Virus record (IMG/VR): IMGVR_UViG_3300031965_000077
Coordinates: 1-40,563 of that record
DNA length: 40,563 nt
Origin: a virus
Taxonomy: Duplodnaviria; Caudoviricetes
Strand: one strand, 5' to 3'
Shown: positions 9,608-18,044 of the stretch, in pieces
Numbering within the stretch: position 1 is the first letter of the stretch
How the letters are laid out: each line of letters opens with the position of its first letter
Notes under the pieces: generated by a model
Told to the model about the DNA's origin: nothing
Seen by the model: only the letters and a program-made list of their open reading frames with translations
The model's database searches: none
Made by a program: the position numbers and the translations under genes

Positions 9608-10251
9608 TATGCCTCCCTAGATAGTGGGTTTTGGAAGGTTGTTTTGGTTTTTCTTGCTCCTGATGTAGTCCCCTTCATCTCCCTGCCTAGCATATTAGCG
9701 AGTTGCCTGTCGGCCATCTGTTGTGCTACTTGGAACCTGTCGTCTGATCGAGAGTATAAAACATACGCCTCGGCTTTTCGGGCAACGACTTGAGGGTCTG
9801 ATAGTTCGCACTTATCTGCAAGGGTTAGAAGCCCCGACGGGTATCGCTGATAAATAAATGATAGCTGATCCGTTGGTTCTATCTGATTGAATATAAGGTT
9901 GTACCCTTCTGAGGGGTTTCCTAGAACATAGCAGTATCTCTCTCCGCTGGATCTTTCGTACTTTTGCTCTACCTCGACAAGCTCCCATTCTTCCCAACCA
10001 CCACTTAGGTAGAGTCTTGGGTTTTCCATAGCCTCTCTGAAATTGTCAGGCAAGGGAATGGTTGCAAGAGTTGTCGAGGTTGTCAAAAACTCTCTCTTAA
10101 ACTCCGACAACTGACCTGTTGCAGCCGCGTCTAAAACGGCTTGGTTTGCGTAGTTTGCCCGTGTTGTAAGCTCTGTTCCCGAAGGGGAAGCCGCTTCAAG
10201 GTCCAGGACGGCGTTAATATCTATAAGTATTTCGGATAGAGTGCGGCTCAT
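9607..10251 (-). CDS. Head-tail adaptor (tubular A-like)
   Basis: TLSEIL..I, N.A, LPDNF motifs and size; ATG at 10251 fits the promoter spacing. Confidence 0.65.
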   Translation of the reverse strand: MSRTLSEILIDINAVLDLEAASPSGTELTTRANYANQAVLDAAATGQLSEFKREFLTTSTTLATIPLPDNFREAMENPRLYLSGGWEEWELVEVEQKYERSSGERYCYVLGNPSEGYNLIFNQIEPTDQLSFIYQRYPSGLLTLADKCELSDPQVVARKAEAYVLYSRSDDRFQVAQQMADRQLANMLGREMKGTTSGARKTKTTFQNPLSREA

Positions 10252-10287
10252 ACCCAAATTATTAGATTAGAGGGTAGGGGTTTGCAA
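10252..10287 (-). promoter_or_regulatory. TTGCAAACC-class promoter, leaderless
   Basis: TTGCAA-N18-AATAAT-N6-ATG. Confidence 0.65.
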
Positions 10288-10935
10288 CAACGCCCACTTG
10301 GGGGAGAGGTGCTCTGTCTCCATGTGTGACGCAAGTGTTGGTATCGGAGAGTACAACTTCCTTCGCCCTGTTATATCAACCCACATAGAGTGGTCCGCCC
10401 ACCCGTGCTTTCTCATAGTATCCGCTTCTTTAACAAGTTCCCCGTACCCGCCGCCGAATGTTAAGGTTGTGGAGATTACGCTCTGCCAATGATGCCCTGC
10501 TGACAAAATGACCTCTCTTGGGTATTCGTGGGTCTTTTCATCGTAGTATCTAGGATGATCATATGGGGTTAAGAATGGGAGTTCCTGCACCGCCTTCTCT
10601 AGTATCTTCCCGCTTCCGGGTAAAAAGAAGTAGTCGTCCTCTATGAACATATAGCACTTCCCGCGCTCTAGTGCTAATTCTATCTGCCTGTGGAAAGAAC
10701 CTACATTACCTTCCGCGAAGTAAGCGTAGTGGGACTCCTCAGTTTCCTCATCCTTGAATATCTCCCGAAGTTCGGGGGTGGGTTTGTCTAAAAGACACAC
10801 CAAATCGTACTTAACGCCCTTAAAGGCCTCTTTGAATGAGCCGAAACACGCCCTAACAAGGTCTATCTTATCCCCTTCGATAGGCCTATTTTTGTTTGGG
10901 TTTCCTGTGCTACACGCGCGGTAGACTATAAACAT
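10267..10935 (-). CDS. GT-A fold glycosyltransferase
   Basis: YMFIEDDYFF (DxD-type) motif, C-terminal SPIPTLASH, cluster context. Confidence 0.7.
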   Translation of the reverse strand: MFIVYRACSTGNPNKNRPIEGDKIDLVRACFGSFKEAFKGVKYDLVCLLDKPTPELREIFKDEETEESHYAYFAEGNVGSFHRQIELALERGKCYMFIEDDYFFLPGSGKILEKAVQELPFLTPYDHPRYYDEKTHEYPREVILSAGHHWQSVISTTLTFGGGYGELVKEADTMRKHGWADHSMWVDITGRRKLYSPIPTLASHMETEHLSPKWALLQTPTL

Positions 10936-11699
10936 CTTTTTATACCATCTTCCAGAGAGGTCTTGATTAAGTGCGGACTTCTTTTGGGGACAAACGCTAA
11001 GGTTTCCCCCCCTCTCTCCGGAGCCTCCACAACCTCCGAATCCGAGCCTATTAGATTTATGATAAGCTGAGAAACCGAAACCAGATCCTGGGAGAGCTCA
11101 CTTGCTATATCAAGGGCCTTGTGTTCGCCCTCAACCATTTCCCCCATAAGCTCCACCAACCTATAGATGCAATCGTCTATATGGACAAAGTTCATCACCT
11201 TGTTTCTCCCCCCATACACCACGATGTCCTCGCCGCCCTTGGCCTTATGTATCGCCGTCTCTATAAACCTGTTGGGATGATTTCCCTCTCCGTAGATGTT
11301 GGAAAGCCTCGCTGATATAGCCCCAATTCCTAAAAACCTTGAAAATGCCGATAGAAACATCTCCCCACTAGCCTTACTTGCTCCGTAGGGATTGGTTAAG
11401 GAATAAACCTCCCTACTTGACGTATAGATTATATTCCTAGTATCCGTTTCGGCCATCCAATTGAGAACCTCCACCATAACCTGGACATTCTCCAGGGCCA
11501 GATCCGGCCTTGCTGTGGATTCGTAGGCGTTGGCGTTGGCGGCTAGATGGTAAACCATGTCAACTCCCTCATCGGGTAGGCTGTCCCCCCTGTCAAAACC
11601 AAATAGTTGGAAATCCTTGTGTAGTGCTTTCCACAGGTATTTTCCTATGAAACCCTTGTGTCCCGTAATCAAAATCTTTGGGTTGTCAGTTATCACCAT
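10926..11699 (-). CDS. NAD-dependent sugar epimerase/dehydratase (extended SDR)
   Basis: ILITGHKGFIG, HLAA, YGASK, RLSNIYG, NFVHIDD. Confidence 0.92.
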   Translation of the reverse strand: MVITDNPKILITGHKGFIGKYLWKALHKDFQLFGFDRGDSLPDEGVDMVYHLAANANAYESTARPDLALENVQVMVEVLNWMAETDTRNIIYTSSREVYSLTNPYGASKASGEMFLSAFSRFLGIGAISARLSNIYGEGNHPNRFIETAIHKAKGGEDIVVYGGRNKVMNFVHIDDCIYRLVELMGEMVEGEHKALDIASELSQDLVSVSQLIINLIGSDSEVVEAPERGGETLAFVPKRSPHLIKTSLEDGIKRCL

Positions 11700-12465
11700 C
11701 GGGCAGAACGCTCCTTCCGACGTAACCTAGAACCTTTTGCGCCTTCTTAACAGAGTATAGCGGCTCTGTGGGACTCTCTAAATCACAAGGAATATCGGGG
11801 TACTTCTCTTTCGCGAACGCTATGGTGTTGGGACAAAATTTATTAGTAGTTGGGTCGCCGATGTTGAATATATCCGAGGGGCCGTCGTACTCCATCAGCC
11901 GCCCCATAAATTCTTTTAGGTTATCCCTTGATACATGGGCGAACAGGTGTCCTTCAAACACTCCTAAACCCTGATCCAAGAGTCCGGGAGCTTCGAGCCT
12001 GAATATAAGTGCCTGTATATCCTCTTGCTCTAAAAGCCACTCCTCACAGGCAAGTTTCGTTTGTCCGTAATGATGTAGAGTTTCGGGAGGCGCTGTGTTT
12101 TCTTCCGTAATAGGAAGCCTTACAACGCGAGCGCCTTCGGGTCTGGACACTCCGTAGACTGCGCCTGAGGATGGGAATAGGATCTTTTTAACCCCGGCTT
12201 TTCTCATACACTCAACCACTTGCTTTGTACCCTCGAAATTCAAGTGCCAGTAGTCCTCCTTTGTCACTCCTTCCATAAACGGATGGGCGTAGGCCGCTAA
12301 ATGAATGACAACATCCTTACCTCTCATGTTGCCAACAAGTCTTTCGGTATCGAAAATATCAAGCCCCTCTTTTATATCATATGGGGTACACTCAAACGAG
12401 TCCCACATTAGACTCCCAACTTCTCCTAGGCTCCCTGTAACGAGCGCTGTATAAGTTTTCTCCAT
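11686..12465 (-). CDS. NAD-dependent sugar epimerase/dehydratase (extended SDR)
   Basis: LVTGSLGEVG, VIHLAA, SSGAVYG, YGQTK. Confidence 0.9.
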   Translation of the reverse strand: MEKTYTALVTGSLGEVGSLMWDSFECTPYDIKEGLDIFDTERLVGNMRGKDVVIHLAAYAHPFMEGVTKEDYWHLNFEGTKQVVECMRKAGVKKILFPSSGAVYGVSRPEGARVVRLPITEENTAPPETLHHYGQTKLACEEWLLEQEDIQALIFRLEAPGLLDQGLGVFEGHLFAHVSRDNLKEFMGRLMEYDGPSDIFNIGDPTTNKFCPNTIAFAKEKYPDIPCDLESPTEPLYSVKKAQKVLGYVGRSVLPDGDN

Positions 12466-13301
12466 CTTTCCCTTTGCCTTTCATATAAATCAAAATACTC
12501 TCCCTCGTTGTAGTTTTCATTCATTTCAAGCCCCTTAGCCTCTTTCTGTAGGTTTGTAAACACATTCGAAGCTCTTTCGTGCAGAACTTTAGCATACCCT
12601 GACACAACCGCCCACCCCTTGTCATCTAGTATCTTCTTTGATTCAATCCCAAGCCAAATATCACCGAATCTATCTAATCCTACTCTATGCCCCATGGGCG
12701 CAAAATACATATAAGGTAACATCTCTCGCCTAAAGGCGATGTTCATCCCACACATCGGGTACATAACACCTTTAGGTATAACACCCTTGTAAGCCTCTGT
12801 GGGTCGATTTCCGAGGACTAGCTGTGTGGGAGCGTCCCAATCCCTAACTCCATCCCAAACCCCATGAGAGAGCATTACAGGGGCTTCCGAGCGTATATTA
12901 TAAGGGAAGCCCCTCATGTACTCTGTATAGGTACTCATCCAGCTTATAGGAACTTTCATATTAAGTGCGTCTATGTGGTCTTGTATGGGGTCTCCAACGG
13001 GCTTTGTGTCATCGTCTAGGGTTATTATGTATTCAACCCGAGGGCGGTGTTTGGCAATGAAAGCGAATCCTAAGTTCCTCACAACATCTGACTTGTTATA
13101 AATAAGGTCTGCGTGGTCGCGCAGAAGCTCCTCGGCAGTACAAGACGATTCGATGTCCCCCCCATCCTCCACCAGCATCGGCTCCTCACCATCGTGAACG
13201 GTTACCAAACGAACATTGTGTTTATCAAAGAGGGGTTGCCACGCTTCCAGGAACTCTTTGTAGCTTTCCTCCCTGACTGTGGGAACAACGACGCAGATCA
13301 T
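12426..13301 (-). CDS. Reversibly glycosylated polypeptide / UDP-arabinopyranose mutase homologue (GT75)
   Basis: ITLDDD, RGFPY..R, SHGVW....DWDAPTQL, IPKG.MYPMCGMNIAF.RE, RFGDIWLG, H.RASNVFTNLQKE match plant RGP motifs in order. Confidence 0.88.
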   Translation of the reverse strand: MICVVVPTVREESYKEFLEAWQPLFDKHNVRLVTVHDGEEPMLVEDGGDIESSCTAEELLRDHADLIYNKSDVVRNLGFAFIAKHRPRVEYIITLDDDTKPVGDPIQDHIDALNMKVPISWMSTYTEYMRGFPYNIRSEAPVMLSHGVWDGVRDWDAPTQLVLGNRPTEAYKGVIPKGVMYPMCGMNIAFRREMLPYMYFAPMGHRVGLDRFGDIWLGIESKKILDDKGWAVVSGYAKVLHERASNVFTNLQKEAKGLEMNENYNEGEYFDLYERQRERWRKLIQRSLQGA

Positions 13302-14038
13302 ACTTGGTATGTTATGAAAAATGAGATACTTCCGTCTTCGTTGGACATTATGTCTATTTTACCACTAGGGAACAACTTTTTCACCTCATCCTCGTTGTAG
13401 GTTCTGATATGCTCTTTATACTCGTCTGGAAAGTCCTCGTTTACCTCGTCACTATCTTGCCATTTAGGTAAGTTGATAAACACCCAACCCCCGTCTTTCA
13501 CCGCTAGATTAACCGAGTCTCTCAAAATATAGGGGTCGAATACGTGTTCTAATACGTCAAATAGTATCGCCCCGTCAAACCTTTTTGGATACTTAACCCC
13601 TACCTTTGTTCCTTCTAACACCTCATAGGAAGCCATCGTTCCTGTAGCCATCCTTTTTGCCATACTTATCGTAAATGGGTCAAGGTCGATTCCTAGCACT
13701 TGTATACCCCTAAGTGCTAAGTGTCTACCAACCCACCCACTAAAGCAACCTACGTCAACCATTCTTCTTATGGGCTTGTCTTTTAGTTCTTCGAGTAGTT
13801 TCTGAAAAATAACTCTATTCTGCGCGTCTGGTGGGTCAACAAACCCTGAATTTTCCCTACCGTTGTTTTGAAAATCGGATATGGTATCAAGCCTTGTTTC
13901 GATACTCTTGAAAAGATCCGATGATAGGACCGCACCTCTAAATTTAACCGGGGAAGATTTACAAATCATATAGGAGTTTAGGATCTCGCCGTTATTGAAG
14001 CAGTATTTAGCTAGTTTTAGTACGTCATCGCCGGTCAC
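13298..14038 (-). CDS. Class I SAM-dependent methyltransferase
   Basis: VDVGCFSG, VLGIDLD, FDVLEHVFDP, GGWVFINLP, EHIR. Confidence 0.9.
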   Translation of the reverse strand: MTGDDVLKLAKYCFNNGEILNSYMICKSSPVKFRGAVLSSDLFKSIETRLDTISDFQNNGRENSGFVDPPDAQNRVIFQKLLEELKDKPIRRMVDVGCFSGWVGRHLALRGIQVLGIDLDPFTISMAKRMATGTMASYEVLEGTKVGVKYPKRFDGAILFDVLEHVFDPYILRDSVNLAVKDGGWVFINLPKWQDSDEVNEDFPDEYKEHIRTYNEDEVKKLFPSGKIDIMSNEDGSISFFITYQV

Positions 14039-14823
14039 GGTATTATTTCGAACTCTCTAAACGGGTGGTCCGCCATCTCCGGGATTATCCGTTTGCGTTT
14101 TAAGTCTGTCCAGTTCTGACCCGCGGGGGAATACGCTGGAAGTGAGGGCTTCCATTTAAGAAAAATGTCCTCGTACCAATCTTCAACAACGTCGCCGCTG
14201 TGTCCCCAGAACTTTACCTTCTTTTCGACTATCTTTGAGGGATACGCATACCCGTAATGGTGGTATTTAACTGGTAACTGTAACACCTGCACGTCTGTTC
14301 TATCAAACTGCGGGTGTCTAATCCACCTATGGGTAAGGGCTGGAGTGACCTTATAGACGTAGTTTACGGGTCCCTGACTACTGTGACTCCAGTAAAGGGA
14401 ACGGTAGTAGTGCACTATTCCAACCCCATACACCAATGGTGGGTCGCGAGAAAGAGAGTTCTCTTTAACCTCCCTAACAAGTTTTTCAATCTCCTTCTTT
14501 TCCCACACCTCATCACTATCAACCAACATTGCATAGTCGACTAACCCGCGGCACTTATCTAAAATGAAGTTTCTCTGTTCGGTGTCGCTATCCCACTCGC
14601 CCTCGAACAAGGTGATCTTGCTCTCTGGGTCGTTTTCTTTAATAAACCTCATAATGACCTCCTTAGTGTTGTCTATAGGGCTAAACCTCCTACCCTCGTG
14701 GTTTTTCCAAGACTTTTTACCCAAAGCAATCAAAATATAATCCACATGGTCGTAGATGGAACGTAGGGAGTATTCTATAAAGTCAGCCCCATAAAAGATT
14801 GTGTAATTAGCGGATATTTTCAT
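14035..14823 (-). CDS. GT2-like glycosyltransferase
   Basis: SLRSIY..VD, QRN, LVDSDEVW, HHYGY. Confidence 0.85.
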   Translation of the reverse strand: MKISANYTIFYGADFIEYSLRSIYDHVDYILIALGKKSWKNHEGRRFSPIDNTKEVIMRFIKENDPESKITLFEGEWDSDTEQRNFILDKCRGLVDYAMLVDSDEVWEKKEIEKLVREVKENSLSRDPPLVYGVGIVHYYRSLYWSHSSQGPVNYVYKVTPALTHRWIRHPQFDRTDVQVLQLPVKYHHYGYAYPSKIVEKKVKFWGHSGDVVEDWYEDIFLKWKPSLPAYSPAGQNWTDLKRKRIIPEMADHPFREFEIIP

Positions 14824-15472
14824 GTATTCCTATCCCCTGATGTTTTTTGGGGGTGGTGTGGAATAGAAACTCCTTATCCCCATCGGATTTAATCTCGTTC
14901 CAAAATTCAACAGCTCCCGTGGGTTCTTTTTCCCTTTGAACATCGTGGAACATACAAATCCTGGCGAATTTACCAACATTCTCATAATCCTTTTTAACAC
15001 TTTCGTAATGGTGATCTGCGTCTATAAAGCATAGATCAAACTCCCTCTCCCTAATATCATCCGAAGTCCCCCTTATAAAATCTAGTTCTACAACGCTATT
15101 AACGAGCCTAAGAAGCCCCGGATCAAAATCTCTGTCTAAGTCAACCGCCAAAGCACTCTCAAGACCAAACCTTGCAAGGTATAGACAGATAAACGCCGTG
15201 CTGGAACCATACCAAGTGCCAATCTCCACATAAGACTTTATATTCCTATTAGATAGATAAACCAACGCCCCCGCTAACTGTTGGGGGGTTTGTAACATTC
15301 CAAGGTCAGGAGTCTTATAGGGGTCGTTCTCCTCACCGTAGGTTTTAATATCAGGCGTATCATATAGTCCCCATTCCCGTATCAAATCTGACACGAAATC
15401 CTCGTCGGACAGCGCGTCCAATGTTAGCGCCCTCATTCTCTCAGCTACGCCCCTTGCGGTTAAAATGGTCAT
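14807..15472 (-). CDS. Class I SAM-dependent methyltransferase (Methyltransf_24-like, sugar O-methyltransferase type)
   Basis: YVEIGTWYGSS, FDLCFIDADHHYESVKKD, MFHD. Confidence 0.9.
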   Translation of the reverse strand: MTILTARGVAERMRALTLDALSDEDFVSDLIREWGLYDTPDIKTYGEENDPYKTPDLGMLQTPQQLAGALVYLSNRNIKSYVEIGTWYGSSTAFICLYLARFGLESALAVDLDRDFDPGLLRLVNSVVELDFIRGTSDDIREREFDLCFIDADHHYESVKKDYENVGKFARICMFHDVQREKEPTGAVEFWNEIKSDGDKEFLFHTTPKKHQGIGIHENIR

Positions 15473-16134
15473 TTATGCCTTTCAAAAATTGCTTTGTCGG
15501 GCCAATTCTCCCACATCTCTGCTATTTTATTATTAGTAGTCTCCCACGCCCTCTCAGTCTGACTTGTTAGGTGCTGTGCCATACAGGGTTCGCTCATAAC
15601 GCACCGCATTCCGTTCTCTTTAATCCCCCAGCAACACTCCACATCGTCTAAATTAACAGGGATTTGATAGTCATTTATTGGTTTGTAGTATTTGGTCTTA
15701 AACCCCATCAAGTATCCAACAAAATAGTCACAATCCCCACCATCGACAGGTTCAAAGGGAAAGGATAGATCCCATGGCTTTCTAACAACGCACCCACGGG
15801 GACCTGATATGCCTATTGTGGGGTCTTCCAGCTTCTCAAGGATTGGTTTGTACCATTCGTGGGACACCATAGTATCATTATCAAGCCAGAAGCATATCTC
15901 AGTATCAACGAGTTCCATCTGCTCGTTTCTAGTGGCCGGACAGCCGACGTTCTCCTCTTTTCTAATCAAAGTGGTGCCTGGAAAGATCTCCTTAACAAGC
16001 TCTGATATAGGCTCAGTTGACCCGTTGTCTGTGAATATCAGCTTAAATGGAATATCCGTGTACTTCTTAAGCCTCTCAAGAAACTTTTTAGTCATGTCGT
16101 ATTTGTTATAAGCCAAACTTACTATTGTTATCAT
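15469..16134 (-). CDS. GT2 family glycosyltransferase
   Basis: TDNGS, ENVG...RN, WLDNDT; start at MITIVS gives an ATGA overlap with upstream gene. Confidence 0.88.
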   Translation of the reverse strand: MITIVSLAYNKYDMTKKFLERLKKYTDIPFKLIFTDNGSTEPISELVKEIFPGTTLIRKEENVGCPATRNEQMELVDTEICFWLDNDTMVSHEWYKPILEKLEDPTIGISGPRGCVVRKPWDLSFPFEPVDGGDCDYFVGYLMGFKTKYYKPINDYQIPVNLDDVECCWGIKENGMRCVMSEPCMAQHLTSQTERAWETTNNKIAEMWENWPDKAIFERHK

Positions 16135-16532
16135 AATATAGCCGTTAAAACTCCCGCATGGGTAATCCTCGTTCTTATTTTTTTCCTTCTTCCAATCTCC
16201 CAAGCAACTACTCGGTGAGTTCCGTCGAGTAACTTAAGTTTCCCAACTTTACCGCCTCTATTTGTTCTGGTGGTGAGAACAACAAGTCCCTGAGCGACAG
16301 GCAACCACTCAGATACGAAGTTGTTTATATATCTTTCCTCATACCCTTTATCTTCTAGGTCTGCAATCTCTTTTGCGGTGAGACTCCCGTGACCGGGGAA
16401 GTTGCTGACGTTTTTTATGTCCACCAACCTCGCTAGAGGTTTGATTGAAAACTCCCAATGAACACCCCGGCTTAATTCTACTGGTCTGGGGTGGGGAAAT
16501 ATCCACCCGTTTATTTTCTCTGTAGTTATCAT
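16131..16532 (-). CDS. ParB/Sulfiredoxin-like domain protein
   Basis: LKLLDGTHRVVA (DGxHR) motif. Confidence 0.6.
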   Translation of the reverse strand: MITTEKINGWIFPHPRPVELSRGVHWEFSIKPLARLVDIKNVSNFPGHGSLTAKEIADLEDKGYEERYINNFVSEWLPVAQGLVVLTTRTNRGGKVGKLKLLDGTHRVVAWEIGRRKKIRTRITHAGVLTAIL

Positions 16533-17893
16533 TTGTCTAGTTTCTCCTCTCGTATAGCAGGGTACCCACCAACCTCAAACTTCTCCCACCCCTCTGTATT
16601 AAGGGGAAGCCCGTGGTGTCCTATATCTATACAGGTTGCGATGTTGGTATCGTCTATTATTACCTTATAATCCAACTCTAATGCTCGTTGGGAAAATTCG
16701 GAATTATCGAATCCCATTCCGTCATCGAAAAACTCATACCAACCATTCATTCTTTCAACAATACTCCTAGGAATCCCCGCGTAGTTCATTTCAAAGTCAT
16801 AAGGGTTATCCGTCTCTCGTATTCCTTCAAACTTAACCCTGACATTTCTCCAGGAGAACTTCCCCACCACATCCAGGGAGCCGTCCCACCAATCCTCTTT
16901 ATTCTTCTTATTAGGCTCTTTAGGGAAGAAGTACTGATCCACGGGTGCTAGGAGTGCGTTTGGACGGTGTCTGTAAAGGTCTACAAGGCTCTCTACTCCA
17001 TTTTCGGGTATTAGTATGAAGTCTTGTAGGTAAACAAGTAACTCCCCTTTAGCCGCCTTCCAGCCTATGTTATTAGCTCTAACAAGCCCGTGTTTTCTCT
17101 TATAAGTTCCTAAAGCCTTATCTCCCCGAATGTATTTTATGTTCAAACCATAGGCTTCGGCATATTTCTTGGCTATTTCGGATCTATCTTCCTTATAGTC
17201 GTCAACTATGACCCATTCAAAGTTGTCATAAGTCTGTTGAGAGAGGTTTCGCGCCATTATGGCCCACCAGCCCTCCCTCATCGTGACCGTAACGACTGAA
17301 ACAAGAGGGGTACTAATAGGATCTTCGATGGTCTTAACCCACTCTTTAGCCATCCTGTCCCATGTGAATTTCTTTGCAAACTTCTTAGCCTTTTTACTTT
17401 CCTCCTCCCACCTATCCTTATCCCCCATGAGACTTAGTAGTTCTTCTAAATACGTATCTTGTACTGTAATATCTTTTATATCCCCGTCTATCTTAATCCC
17501 GCTCCCTACGGTTTCTTTAAGGGCGAAGTCGTTCATGGTAACGGGAACTAGTCCATCCTTTTGGGCGTCTAGGGCCGTGATACAGTTAATCTCCGGGAAC
17601 CATGTAGGATACGCCCATATACCGCACTTCTCTCTGACCGCTTTTAATTCTTCCTTCCCGACCCTGCCGTAGTGGAAGATGTTTTCCTGACCCATCATCT
17701 GTTGAACCGACTTCTTCCATTGCACTCTCTCAGGATTAGTGCTATTTACCCTGTCAAACAAATCCCAACCGTAACATATATGCAGTTGGGCGTTAGGGTA
17801 CTTTTCTAAGATATCGGGCCACATGAATAGTAATGCGTCTAGGTTTCTGTCGTAGCTCGACCCCCAGAATAAGTTAAGTCGTTTGTTAATCAT
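16529..17893 (-). CDS. GT4 C-terminal half fused to a GT2 domain
   Basis: SSYDRNL, YPTWFPEINCITALDAQ..G (GT-B donor domain); then VSVVT, EWVIVDD, YLQDFI. Confidence 0.88.
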   Translation of the reverse strand: MINKRLNLFWGSSYDRNLDALLFMWPDILEKYPNAQLHICYGWDLFDRVNSTNPERVQWKKSVQQMMGQENIFHYGRVGKEELKAVREKCGIWAYPTWFPEINCITALDAQKDGLVPVTMNDFALKETVGSGIKIDGDIKDITVQDTYLEELLSLMGDKDRWEEESKKAKKFAKKFTWDRMAKEWVKTIEDPISTPLVSVVTVTMREGWWAIMARNLSQQTYDNFEWVIVDDYKEDRSEIAKKYAEAYGLNIKYIRGDKALGTYKRKHGLVRANNIGWKAAKGELLVYLQDFILIPENGVESLVDLYRHRPNALLAPVDQYFFPKEPNKKNKEDWWDGSLDVVGKFSWRNVRVKFEGIRETDNPYDFEMNYAGIPRSIVERMNGWYEFFDDGMGFDNSEFSQRALELDYKVIIDDTNIATCIDIGHHGLPLNTEGWEKFEVGGYPAIREEKLDK

Positions 17894-18044
17894 ATTTCTT
17901 TAATGGGTTCCCCCTTAACCAATACACCATACCAAAGTCTTTTCTTCGCCTGTTGTACATAACAGAACATGGGTGAGAACAGAACTTCTGTTCCTTACGA
18001 CCCTTCTTAAACTTCTTTTCACATTCCTTACACTTAGATTCCAT
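17886..18044 (-). CDS. 52-aa zinc-finger mini-protein (not in ORF track)
   Basis: MESKCKECEKKF...QKFCSHPC...; overlaps both flanking GT genes. Confidence 0.6.
   Translation of the reverse strand: MESKCKECEKKFKKGRKEQKFCSHPCSVMYNRRRKDFGMVYWLRGNPLKKYD

Noticed and set aside
17886-18044. Self-splicing intron rejoining the GT4 halves
   Set aside because: About 140 nt is too short, no group I/II core motifs are visible, and the interval reads as a coupled ORF
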